A stretch of 64,000 nt of DNA. Origin: a virus (taxonomy: Duplodnaviria; Caudoviricetes). The first letter of the stretch is position 1. Each line of letters begins with the position of its first letter. The stretch lies in IMG/VR virus record IMGVR_UViG_3300048598_000163, positions 14,512 through 78,511 of that record. One strand, written 5' to 3'. Of this stretch, positions 1-8,135 are shown piece after piece. The translations under genes were made by a program, and so were the position numbers. The notes under the pieces are model-generated. The model ran no database searches and was not told where the DNA came from. It saw nothing but the letters and a program-made list of their open reading frames with translations.

Positions 1-1
1 T

Positions 2-109
2 TACAAAATCAGGGAATCCGGCAATGAACCGTTTATTCTCGACACCTACGATGCCGGCGAGCAACGGGCAATTCTAAACTTCCAGAAAAAGTACCGGGCC
101 ACTAAATAG
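2..109 (+). CDS. 3' end of a possible plus-strand gene (partial), convergent with the lipase gene
   Basis: Frame open from base 2 (YKIRESGNEPFILDTYDAGEQRAILNFQKKYRATK) to TAG at 107-109, overlapping the lipase stop at 102-104. No homology recognised. Confidence 0.3.
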   Translation, partial: YKIRESGNEPFILDTYDAGEQRAILNFQKKYRATK

Positions 110-794
110 GGTCGTCTCTCTCGTCGTCCCACTTTCCAGCAAATTCCTCGAGTTCAGTCTCGTTGTAGCATCCGCGCTTATGGTCCATGATCGAAAAGAG
201 CTTGGTTCTCTCACCAATCTGGATCATGTCGCCCGGCGTCTTGAAGAACGGCGGAAGCATCGTAACAAGATCACTTCCGTAGCGAACCCAATACAGATGA
301 TTCTTGGGTATGTATCTCTCAACGGATTCCTTATAGGCCTTGTTGCCTACCTTTGGCGCCTCAAGCATACCAACGAACACGTTTTTGGGAGGCACGGAGA
401 AATTCCGAACAATGTCCAGGGCGATTATGCTTGCTTCTCCGCCGCCCTTTGAGCGGCCCGCTACAACCAAACCAATCGAGAGAGCCCTGGCAAGAACTTC
501 ATTGCCCTTTATTATCGCGAAAAACTCTTCCCGGTAACGCTCCCACTCGGTTATATAACCCTTGTGGATCCGAACCATTGAATCGATTTTCGCATAGGAA
601 GGCTTTGCTCGAATTTGGAAGAAATCAAGGTTTATGGGCCAGTCAGGGCCGTTGAGACCGCCGCTCGGAGCAAGGTTTACCGAAAGCATCCCGAGATAGG
701 TACCAAACCGAGCGTCAATAGTTTTTTCAAACGAATGAGCCTCGATCACGGTAACATGCCGATCGAAGGCAACGTCGTACACGTATTCAAGCAT
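102..794 (-). CDS. Class-3 lipase-like alpha/beta hydrolase
   Basis: VRIHKGY, nucleophile elbow AGRSKGG (GxSxG), APKVGN, DLVTMLP, terminal DH; AGGAG RBS upstream of ATG 794. Confidence 0.8.
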   Translation of the reverse strand: MLEYVYDVAFDRHVTVIEAHSFEKTIDARFGTYLGMLSVNLAPSGGLNGPDWPINLDFFQIRAKPSYAKIDSMVRIHKGYITEWERYREEFFAIIKGNEVLARALSIGLVVAGRSKGGGEASIIALDIVRNFSVPPKNVFVGMLEAPKVGNKAYKESVERYIPKNHLYWVRYGSDLVTMLPPFFKTPGDMIQIGERTKLFSIMDHKRGCYNETELEEFAGKWDDERDDPI

Positions 795-803
795 AAAGAC
801 TCC

Positions 804-1289
804 TTACGGCAATATTTTCCTGAAAACGTACGTCAGGAACAGCAGGACCAATAGAGCCGCAATGACAATCAAGCAGATTATTATCTTGATAAGCCTGCTG
901 GCTGATTCGTCACGGAACTTGTCCCGATCCGCTGTCATGTCCTTGAGCAGCGTCAAGGTATCGTTGTAATTCGTCCTGGCTTTCTCGTATGAGGACTTCG
1001 CACTGTCCAATGAGGTCTTGGATAGTTGTAAATCCTTCTCCGAGCTTGCCAACTTCGACTGCCAGCTCTGCCGTTCGGTCTTTCTCTCGCTCTCCTGCTG
1101 CGTCAATTTCTCCTGCAAGCTCTTTTCCCGTTCCGCTTGCTGAATCGATATATCCTTCGCCTGTCCCAAGAGAACTATCACCCGCGTCAAATTGCCCTGA
1201 ACCGTCGACAAGGACGGTTGGGGCTGTTCGGCATGAAGTGACAAGGATAAGAGCAAGAAGAGCGAAAACAAGGCCTGTTTTGCGCGCAT
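804..1289 (-). CDS. Signal peptide + coiled coil + C-terminal TM protein (i-spanin-like)
   Basis: Hydrophobic N-terminus ending SLHA, long Q/E/K/S coiled coil, C-terminal IIICLIVIAALLVLLFLTYVF; lies in the lysis cassette. Confidence 0.6.
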   Translation of the reverse strand: MRAKQALFSLFLLLSLSLHAEQPQPSLSTVQGNLTRVIVLLGQAKDISIQQAEREKSLQEKLTQQESERKTERQSWQSKLASSEKDLQLSKTSLDSAKSSYEKARTNYNDTLTLLKDMTADRDKFRDESASRLIKIIICLIVIAALLVLLFLTYVFRKILP

Positions 1290-1299
1290 ACGGCATCAT
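910..1299 (-). CDS. Lipoprotein (o-spanin-like), overlapping the 804-1289 gene in another frame
   Basis: Basic N-terminus, hydrophobic core and lipobox LVTS-C23; ATGA overlap with the upstream holin stop; 380-nt overlap with 804-1289. Confidence 0.6.
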   Translation of the reverse strand: MMPYARKTGLVFALLALILVTSCRTAPTVLVDGSGQFDAGDSSLGTGEGYIDSASGTGKELAGEIDAAGEREKDRTAELAVEVGKLGEGFTTIQDLIGQCEVLIRESQDELQRYLDAAQGHDSGSGQVP

Positions 1300-1748
1300 T
1301 TTACGCCGGACCCATCCGGCGCCTCCGAGGGATCGGTGTTGGCATCAGAAATACTGCCGGCGGGTACCTCGATCGGCTCTGCCAGGCGTGCGAGAATGCT
1401 CGTGTCAACTTCTCCCGACCCTACAGCCTTGTCGACCAGGTGAAATACGAGCCGGACGATGACGTTGTACCCGAAGATCTCGATAAAGGGCAAAATCGAT
1501 GCGAACGTGAACAGTATGGCGTTGAGGGTGCTACCAAAAATCTCGCTGTTCGGCGACATTCCCAGGCAGACGGCGATTCCCAAAGAAAACACGAGCGAAA
1601 GGAAGGGCCAAGCTACAGTCGATTTTTTTCCGGTTCCGGCCCGCGCGCTCGCGATAGCGTCCCTTACCGACTTAACCCACTCAATCCAGCCAATTACGTC
1701 AAACGACGCAATAACCAAAAGAGCCACCCACAGAAGCAATGAAATCAT
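1296..1748 (-). CDS. Holin-like membrane protein
   Basis: 150 aa, three hydrophobic segments, acidic C-tail, between peptidase and spanin-like genes. Confidence 0.55.
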   Translation of the reverse strand: MISLLLWVALLVIASFDVIGWIEWVKSVRDAIASARAGTGKKSTVAWPFLSLVFSLGIAVCLGMSPNSEIFGSTLNAILFTFASILPFIEIFGYNVIVRLVFHLVDKAVGSGEVDTSILARLAEPIEVPAGSISDANTDPSEAPDGSGVK

Positions 1749-1758
1749 ATTTGTCCTC

Positions 1759-2418
1759 CTAGACTATGAAATGAACCCATTTTCTATTCTGTCCGGGTTC
1801 CTTGACGATCTTGAGAAAGTCGTTATACGGCACGATTACATCGTTTCCACGGGTATCGATATACCCGGTACGATAATCCCCATAGGGATCATTAACGATG
1901 AGCGAGATTATCCGGGATGAATCCACTTGCGATGAGTCTTTTATGTTTTGGATATCATCTTGAGCGGTTTGAAATCCGCACACGCAGACGATATGGCCGA
2001 TTGTTTTTTCAACGCCGCCGGCGCGATACGGCCACTGCCCGGATACAACACACGCCTTCTTCTCTTTGATAGAAAAAACGATTTCCTGAATCCTTGCCGT
2101 CCAGGTGAAGCGATTCACCTCTTTTTTCATCCAGCGATTGGTGCCAAACGCTCTGACGGGGGCAAGCTCGTTCGCCGGAATGTTTTTCCCGAATTCCGTC
2201 GGGTACATTTTCTTGTAATATTCCATGACTTCGGGATTTGTTCTAATGAATTCCGTGAGCACGTCTTCCGGCTGTCGGCCGCCGCAATCAGGCAATTCAT
2301 ACCCTGAATAAAGCAACGCCATTACCATCGATGTGGGACCGCAGGTTCCGTTTGGATCGATTCGGTTGTTCCTCTGGGTGAAATAATCCTTTCCTTGAGA
2401 CAAATTAACCGTAACCAT
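1759..2418 (-). CDS. Peptidase C39-like (papain-fold) protein, candidate endolysin
   Basis: YFTQ..NGTCGPTSMVMAL (catalytic Cys), GHIVCVCG (His), IVNDPYG (Asp). Confidence 0.75.
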   Translation of the reverse strand: MVTVNLSQGKDYFTQRNNRIDPNGTCGPTSMVMALLYSGYELPDCGGRQPEDVLTEFIRTNPEVMEYYKKMYPTEFGKNIPANELAPVRAFGTNRWMKKEVNRFTWTARIQEIVFSIKEKKACVVSGQWPYRAGGVEKTIGHIVCVCGFQTAQDDIQNIKDSSQVDSSRIISLIVNDPYGDYRTGYIDTRGNDVIVPYNDFLKIVKEPGQNRKWVHFIV

Positions 2419-2431
2419 ATGAATCCTCCCT

Positions 2432-3184
2432 CTAAATAGCTTCTTTCATCAGTTTGTCAAAGTTATCTCGGAGGGCTTTGACTTGGATCGCCGTCGCTAC
2501 TGATATCTCCCTGGCATTCCAGAACATTTTCGATACCGATGTTTTAAACTCATCCATGATCCGCTGATTCTCGTCGTAAATCATTTCACGACAGACCACA
2601 TGGCCGCGGTATCCATCGTTGAGAAAGTTGGTAATCGTCTGGATTATTTCAATGGTTTTCGTCTGTTCATACTGCTGGAAGTCTTTTTCTGTTCTTGTGG
2701 CATAATGATTGTCCTCGAATGAGGCCTCAATAAGTTCTTTGCAATTATCTATCGCATCCTTCAAGGCTCGTACATATTCGCAATAGTCAGGATGATCTAC
2801 CAGGCCGTTCTTTTCGCCGGAATCTAGCTTATCGCGAAGTACTCGAAGAAAAACGCTCTGTGCTCGTCCGCGAAGTCGTAAAGCCTCGGACTTCACAAAA
2901 ATCATCTGGTCTTTAAGCACGCGCTTCTCGAGCGTGTGCACCTGATCGAGCATTTCAGCTTGTTTCGTAAGTAGTATCACGATGTCCTTCCCATCAAGCG
3001 GCAATTTTTCTGATTTCTTCTTCCGTGAACCCTTAAAGGAAAAACCGTTTCGCGAGAGTTCTGCAACACCGAACTTCCGCAGCAGCCACAGGGTTCCGGC
3101 AATAAGACCAAGAAGTCCAACAATACACGCGAAAAACAGCGCGATTATCTCCGGAACGGATAATGTTTTAAGCCACTCTGTCAT
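2432..3184 (-). CDS. Membrane-anchored hypothetical protein of the lysis region
   Basis: One N-terminal TM (IIALFFACIVGLLGLIAGTLWLL) followed by a helical domain; AAGGAG RBS. Confidence 0.6.
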   Translation of the reverse strand: MTEWLKTLSVPEIIALFFACIVGLLGLIAGTLWLLRKFGVAELSRNGFSFKGSRKKKSEKLPLDGKDIVILLTKQAEMLDQVHTLEKRVLKDQMIFVKSEALRLRGRAQSVFLRVLRDKLDSGEKNGLVDHPDYCEYVRALKDAIDNCKELIEASFEDNHYATRTEKDFQQYEQTKTIEIIQTITNFLNDGYRGHVVCREMIYDENQRIMDEFKTSVSKMFWNAREISVATAIQVKALRDNFDKLMKEAI

Positions 3185-3242
3185 TCATCAACTCCTTAAA
3201 ACGTCATTATTCTTATTGCTGTTTTTTTCTAATTCAGAAAAT

Positions 3243-3283
3243 AAAAAAGGGCCGACACAGCGTCATTCGACGTGCATCGGCCC
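3243..3283 (-). terminator. Rho-independent terminator downstream of the DGR RT
   Basis: Minus strand GGGCCGA...TCGGCCC inverted repeat (3249-3255 / 3277-3283) followed by T6. Confidence 0.7.
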
Positions 3284-3336
3284 GACTCTTCAACTCGGCA
3301 CCAATAGGTATATCAATTATTTCATACAGTTTATTA

Positions 3337-4356
3337 TCAATGCTGTGTTTTCGTCAACTCATTCCGCTTCTTCACGCTTACCTGAAGGCTATTAAGAAGA
3401 ACTTTTTCGACAAGTTCGTGGCAGGCCGTTCCTTTGGCATGTCCAACCCATGATCCAATAGACCGAAGATACCGCTCGTCGGGGATCTTCCCCCTTTTCC
3501 ATGCCCTGTATTTATTATTCATGCGGCCGATACTCTGCTTCTTTATCAACCTGTTATGCAGGAAAATACGAAATCCAACGAATTCGATCCCATCAGAAGT
3601 TTTTCCTATTCTGGTTTTATCGTTCAGACGAAGAGCGAGCTTTTTCTCAAGAAACTCCTCAATTACTGATTGAGTTACCCGTAGCTTTTCTTTTGAAGTA
3701 TCGAGAATGATTACGTCGTCCATATACCGAATGTAATATTTTGTGCGTAGCTTAACCTTCATATAAAAATCGAGCTCGTTCAGGTACACATTGGCAAAAA
3801 GCTGCGAAAGCAAGTTTCCTATAGGCACCCCGGAACCTACAGCACTGTCAAGAACCATATCGAGTATCCATAACACGTCCGGATCATCAATATAGGTTCG
3901 TACAATTTCCTTTAAGGTGGGAATATTAATCGACTGAAAGTATTTTTTAACGTCGCACTTTAGATATCTTTGCGTGCCAGCTTTACCCATAAAGAATGAA
4001 AGGCGATTCGCTGCTTTTAAACTACCTTGCCCTGTTCGGCAGGCAAATGAATCATAAAGCATTTTCTTCTCGGATACGGGCTCAATCACACGGCAAATTG
4101 CGTGTTGCACTACCCTGTCACGAAACGGAAGAGCCGAGATAAGCCTCTCTTTAGGCTCGTAGACTTTAAACTGTCTGTATGGGCTCACTTTGTATGTTTT
4201 CCACACAAGCTCGTTTTGCAGCTGTATCAGATTATCTTCCAGGTTGTATGTAAAGTTCAGCACCTGTCCGCGGTAACGCTTTTGTCTCCTGGCAAGTAAA
4301 TAAGCCTGATACAGGTTCTCGTAATCATAAATGCGCTCAAACAAGTTGACTGACAT
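3337..4356 (-). CDS. DGR reverse transcriptase (Brt-like)
   Basis: ALPFRDRVVQHA, LKCDVKKYFQSI, GVPIGNLLSQLFANVYL, YIRYMDD, FVGF; adjacent to TR and avd. Confidence 0.97.
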   Translation of the reverse strand: MSVNLFERIYDYENLYQAYLLARRQKRYRGQVLNFTYNLEDNLIQLQNELVWKTYKVSPYRQFKVYEPKERLISALPFRDRVVQHAICRVIEPVSEKKMLYDSFACRTGQGSLKAANRLSFFMGKAGTQRYLKCDVKKYFQSINIPTLKEIVRTYIDDPDVLWILDMVLDSAVGSGVPIGNLLSQLFANVYLNELDFYMKVKLRTKYYIRYMDDVIILDTSKEKLRVTQSVIEEFLEKKLALRLNDKTRIGKTSDGIEFVGFRIFLHNRLIKKQSIGRMNNKYRAWKRGKIPDERYLRSIGSWVGHAKGTACHELVEKVLLNSLQVSVKKRNELTKTQH

Positions 4357-4402
4357 AGGTAAAACCTTTAAAGATGCAGCTAAAGATGAAGAAACAAGGT
4401 TG

Positions 4403-4432
4403 AAAAAAGCGGAGACCCCGTAGGGACTCCGC
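4403..4432 (-). terminator. Intrinsic terminator between the TR spacer and the RT start
   Basis: Minus strand GCGGAG-T-CCC-TACG-GGG-T-CTCCGC-TTTTTT (C-UACG-G tetraloop), 46 nt upstream of the RT ATG. Confidence 0.7.
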
Positions 4433-4592
4433 CAGCATAGTTCCCCCGGCTTTACGGGGTTGGGGCCTAATCTGACGTATCAATGTGCGTTTCCGCATAT
4501 CACCCCGTTTCCGGGTTGCCCGCGAAGCCGAAGCCCCTCGGGCCGTCACTGCGTACCGGACCGTAATCCTGCACGACTTACTTTTCCATCAT

Positions 4593-4703
4593 CGTCACAG
4601 GCCAGGCGGCACCCGATGTTCGTGTTCACGTTCCAGGGATAGTTGTTCAAGTTAACAGTACGGGCACCATAGTGCGCGCCCTCGTTCCAGTTGCCGCCCG
4701 CAA
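4593..4703 (-). repeat. DGR template repeat (TR)
   Basis: 111-nt copy of 5163-5273 (offset 570); reads AGGNWNEGAHYGARTVNLNNYPWNVNTNIGCRLACD with 8 AAC codons. Confidence 0.97.
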
Positions 4704-4706
4704 ACA

Positions 4707-5102
4707 TTAGGCTCCCTTTATTAAGCCGCCTATAAGGCGACCGATCTCGGCCACGCTCCTCGCAGCTGTCTCATAGCTCCGTGGCGCGAGATATTTACGC
4801 GTTCGTGCGTGTCGCAAGAAGAATCGCATCATCTCGAGCTGCACGTCAACCTCATACCACCCAGTTTTTTTGGCGTAAGACTTCTGGGTCTTAATTATCG
4901 TTTTCAGCATCTCGTAACAAAGATTCTTCATTTGCGACACAAGAGAAAGCCGTTCGGTTTTCGGGAACCTGTCGAGTATCGGTAAAAGCCAATTTGCAAA
5001 GTCTTCCACCTTCTGAAAAAGTTTCAGCGACTCCACCCCATATCTAGCAGTTCCAGTTGTATTTTTAGGCGCAGACTCAATGTTTCCCTCGACAGATTCC
5101 AC
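4707..5102 (-). CDS. avd: DGR accessory variability determinant (four-helix bundle)
   Basis: 131 aa, basic; ILDRFPKTERLSLVSQMKN and EIGRLIGGLIK are Avd-type motifs; lies between VR and TR. Confidence 0.93.
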   Translation of the reverse strand: MESVEGNIESAPKNTTGTARYGVESLKLFQKVEDFANWLLPILDRFPKTERLSLVSQMKNLCYEMLKTIIKTQKSYAKKTGWYEVDVQLEMMRFFLRHARTRKYLAPRSYETAARSVAEIGRLIGGLIKGA

Positions 5103-5154
5103 AGATCACCTCTTCGTAAAAACAGTTATTCAGTTTCCAGTCGCACAGGCGCGC

Positions 5155-6339
5155 TTACAGCGCGTCACAGGCCAGGCGGCACCCGACGCTCGTGCTCACG
5201 ACCCAGGGAAAGTGGGTCAAGTAAACAGTACGGGCACCATAGTGCGCGCCCTCGTTCCAGTTGCCGCCCGCAATGAACGCAGTAAGTCCGACATTATTCG
5301 GAGCATAGATATCGCCCATTCCTGCTCCGGGAACATCCTGCCATGCCCACGAGGTACTATCCTGTCTGATGCAGTAATCCGCCTGCCACTCGTACACGTT
5401 ACCAACGGCGTCGCAGATGTTTTTCGCCGAAACCGCATACGGTTTAACCGAACCACCTTCGACGTATACGCCAGAGGCATTGAGCGAGCAACCGGTCGGG
5501 TATCGGCCCGTGTTCGTGGTCTTGGTCCATCCATAATTGTCAGCGGCGTCCTCACCTTCAGGGTTACCGTAGGCGGCCTGAAGCCATTCGGCGAATCGCG
5601 GCAAACGCTTTCCAGAACGCATCGCAAGCTCATTGAAGTTGTACTGATTGCAGCCTTCCGTTCCCGTTACCGGAGTTCCGCCGAATTTGCTTTGGAGCTT
5701 GCCACCGGCTACATGTAGACCGCTCGTAGCCGACTGGAATGAAATAGCCTCGGCAGCACTCGAGAGGTAAATATCGATCCAGAAATTGGTATCGATTTTA
5801 ACCATTCCTTCCGGTGAGCATATTGGGCGATTCTTGAGATCCCATACGCTGTTTTGAAGGATACCAATGGCGGTATACGTCTTCCAGGCGGTCCCGAAGA
5901 GAGTGCCGTTGTTGTCTACCGGGACGTAGTTGGAATTAACGCGCCGGATCATTCCATAGTGGAATCCACCCACCTTCCTGGAATTATCGGCGGTATATCC
6001 TGCGGGATAGGTCGAATTGAGCGAAATCTTGAAAACTCCATCCGCTCCATCGTCGCACAGGTAGACGTAATAATCGCTTCCGAACACAAACGCAGTGCCC
6101 GTATCAAGAGAGGATACGGACAGAACGATGTCGGCGTCCTTCACCTGATAAGGCTTGTACGTCCCTCCGGAATTGAGGAGGAACATAGAATCCTTCTTCA
6201 CCTTAACCGTGTTCGTCGTGAAAAGAAACGGGTCAACCTTCTCCATGATCGAGGCATCAGGAGCCTTGAAATCTGCCATCCTGAATACGCTGGCCGCGCT
6301 ATTGTCGTCAACGTCATTCTTGATTCTGTATAGTGCCAT
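5155..6339 (-). CDS. Mtd-like receptor-binding protein with C-terminal CLec/FGE-type domain (DGR target)
   Basis: NSRKVGGFHYG, FWIDIYLSS, GKRLPRFAEW, DAVGNVYEW, AGGNW...VGCRLAC; VR at the 3' end. Confidence 0.92.
   Translation of the reverse strand: MALYRIKNDVDDNSAASVFRMADFKAPDASIMEKVDPFLFTTNTVKVKKDSMFLLNSGGTYKPYQVKDADIVLSVSSLDTGTAFVFGSDYYVYLCDDGADGVFKISLNSTYPAGYTADNSRKVGGFHYGMIRRVNSNYVPVDNNGTLFGTAWKTYTAIGILQNSVWDLKNRPICSPEGMVKIDTNFWIDIYLSSAAEAISFQSATSGLHVAGGKLQSKFGGTPVTGTEGCNQYNFNELAMRSGKRLPRFAEWLQAAYGNPEGEDAADNYGWTKTTNTGRYPTGCSLNASGVYVEGGSVKPYAVSAKNICDAVGNVYEWQADYCIRQDSTSWAWQDVPGAGMGDIYAPNNVGLTAFIAGGNWNEGAHYGARTVYLTHFPWVVSTSVGCRLACDAL
5163..5273 (-). repeat. DGR variable repeat (VR)
   Basis: 9 mismatches to TR (VR 5187, 5189, 5195, 5201, 5202, 5210, 5214, 5216, 5223), all at TR adenines on the coding strand. 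Confidence 0.97.
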
Positions 6340-6342
6340 CTG

Positions 6343-6624
6343 TCATACCCCCAATTTCGTAAGCATGGTTTCGACATCCGCATCAGACAGGCCGGAAAGA
6401 GCGAACGCGGACGACGGATCCTCTTCAGATTCAAAGTCATCCGTAGTCTGCTCTTCCGCTTTCTTTTTCTTTGCGGAACCTTTTAGCACGAGACGAGTTT
6501 TCGTCCCCTGCAAAGCACGAAGACGCTCGGCGAATTCAACCTTCCCGTCCCCAGTGTCCCGGACATAGGCAAAGGCATGAAGCCAGTCGTCGCGGGTCTG
6601 AAGGTTCTGCGGAATTCCTTTCAT
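6343..6624 (-). CDS. Hypothetical protein (fibre-associated)
   Basis: 93 aa, GGAGG RBS, tightly packed between fibre and Mtd-like genes. Confidence 0.65.
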   Translation of the reverse strand: MKGIPQNLQTRDDWLHAFAYVRDTGDGKVEFAERLRALQGTKTRLVLKGSAKKKKAEEQTTDDFESEEDPSSAFALSGLSDADVETMLTKLGV

Positions 6625-6638
6625 TGTATTACTTCCTC

Positions 6639-8126
6639 CTAGTTGGTGAAATACGCTTTTATCGCAATGCTTTCATTCGCACCCAACAGGGACGAACCAA
6701 GCAATCCAGAACCTAATTTTTGAGCCGGTACACCTTCTTTAATGGTGCCGTTTTTGAATATGTACGTGTGTACGATTATCGAGTCAGACAGTACTTCAAC
6801 CGAAGTGTTGGCAATTTCCGCGTGAGTTCCATAAAGCTGAAGGAGGAGCGCGTAGTAGACGCCTTCTGCAAGCTCGCTAATCCCAAGGTCTGAAAAGTAG
6901 AATCTTTTTGGTGACGCCGAAACGGTGAGGCTTTTTACAATCATTGAGAATTGGGTAATAATACCAAGCTGCTCCTTTGTTACCTCGTGCGGATTTTCTT
7001 TATCAGCGACATGGGCGGCGAGCGCGGTTGCTACTGACTGAACCATCGCTTTCGTAGCAATAGACGCGTCGGAATCAGCCGCAAAGTTACTCGGAACTGT
7101 AATATGAATCTCATTTTCCGCGTACTCTATGTTAAATACGGTTTTTCCGCAAATCTTGATGTACCCGGTACCGTCAGCATTAGCACCAATGCAAATCGGA
7201 TTTACCAGGACACCTTCAGCAAAAGACGCCGATGACTCTACATCTCCAACAAAACCGACTTTGTTGGTTCCTGTTTTGAAAAAGGCAGCGAGAGTGTTTA
7301 TTGCGGCCGCGATCTTCGCTACGGATGAAAAAACCGTTGTACTTCCGGGTACGTTTTCCGACCCGAGGGTAAAATCTGAACCAACAGGTACAACACGACC
7401 GGAAAGCTGCGCGTCCCCTGTTCCTATATCGATATTTGCCGCCTTGATGACCTTTTCCTTGTGCGATCCATCGGTATTGTGCTGCGCACGAACAAGCGCA
7501 CGATTATCCGATAACAGACCGACGCTAAATGTCCTTGCCTTTTCGTTGGTCCATTCGGCGTTCTCGGCGCCGGGAAGGTCCGCTGTAACCGGACGTATGT
7601 TCGATTGCTGAACATAGGTTGATTCAGCCGGAATAAGCACTTCTGCCAGCTTTATATACCCGGCGTCGGTTGTCGGAGCTTGCGATGATCCTGCCACGCC
7701 CTGCTTAACCGAATACGAAACAATGAGCCGTTTTTTTGTTTTAACGTTCACGTATGTCTTAACGTCTGTGCTCGGATCATTAAACGCTCTCTGCTGCTCG
7801 TCGTATTCTTCGTACATGCCTTTTATTTGCAGCAGATCAATGCGATCCTGCGCGCCGGCAGCGACAAATGGTATCGGTCCGATTTTTTCCGTGTCAGCGA
7901 CGCATAATTCGGCATCGCTCGAATATCCGGTAATTGGTCCGATATAAACATTCATCGACTCAACAGGGTCGGCAGTAACCGCACCCCCTATTATGAAGTC
8001 GGTATTACGCTCGACTATCAAATTCAAAAGAAGCGAAACGTTGTCAACAAGGCTATCGAACCCGTGCGTTACATCGGTTGCCTTTACAATTTCGTTTTCC
8101 TGGACAACTGCAGTTTCAATTTTCAT
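6639..8126 (-). CDS. Tail fibre / baseplate-attached fibre protein
   Basis: Position after the baseplate genes; AHVADKENPHEVTKEQLG trimer-type motif. Confidence 0.7.
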   Translation of the reverse strand: MKIETAVVQENEIVKATDVTHGFDSLVDNVSLLLNLIVERNTDFIIGGAVTADPVESMNVYIGPITGYSSDAELCVADTEKIGPIPFVAAGAQDRIDLLQIKGMYEEYDEQQRAFNDPSTDVKTYVNVKTKKRLIVSYSVKQGVAGSSQAPTTDAGYIKLAEVLIPAESTYVQQSNIRPVTADLPGAENAEWTNEKARTFSVGLLSDNRALVRAQHNTDGSHKEKVIKAANIDIGTGDAQLSGRVVPVGSDFTLGSENVPGSTTVFSSVAKIAAAINTLAAFFKTGTNKVGFVGDVESSASFAEGVLVNPICIGANADGTGYIKICGKTVFNIEYAENEIHITVPSNFAADSDASIATKAMVQSVATALAAHVADKENPHEVTKEQLGIITQFSMIVKSLTVSASPKRFYFSDLGISELAEGVYYALLLQLYGTHAEIANTSVEVLSDSIIVHTYIFKNGTIKEGVPAQKLGSGLLGSSLLGANESIAIKAYFTN

Positions 8127-8135
8127 ATCCGCTCC

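Larger units (their letters stand above)
3337..6339 (-). mobile_element. Diversity-generating retroelement cassette (target/VR - avd - TR - RT)
   Basis: All four components present in the same order as Bordetella phage BPP-1 (mtd-avd-TR-brt). Confidence 0.95.

Noticed and set aside
3337-4356. RT as a group II intron, retron or Abi RT
   Set aside because: The TR/VR pair with A-only mismatches and the adjacent avd identify a DGR; no maturase/endonuclease extension.
6639-8126. Second DGR target in the tail fibre
   Set aside because: I found no further copy of the TR sequence in this gene or elsewhere in the window.
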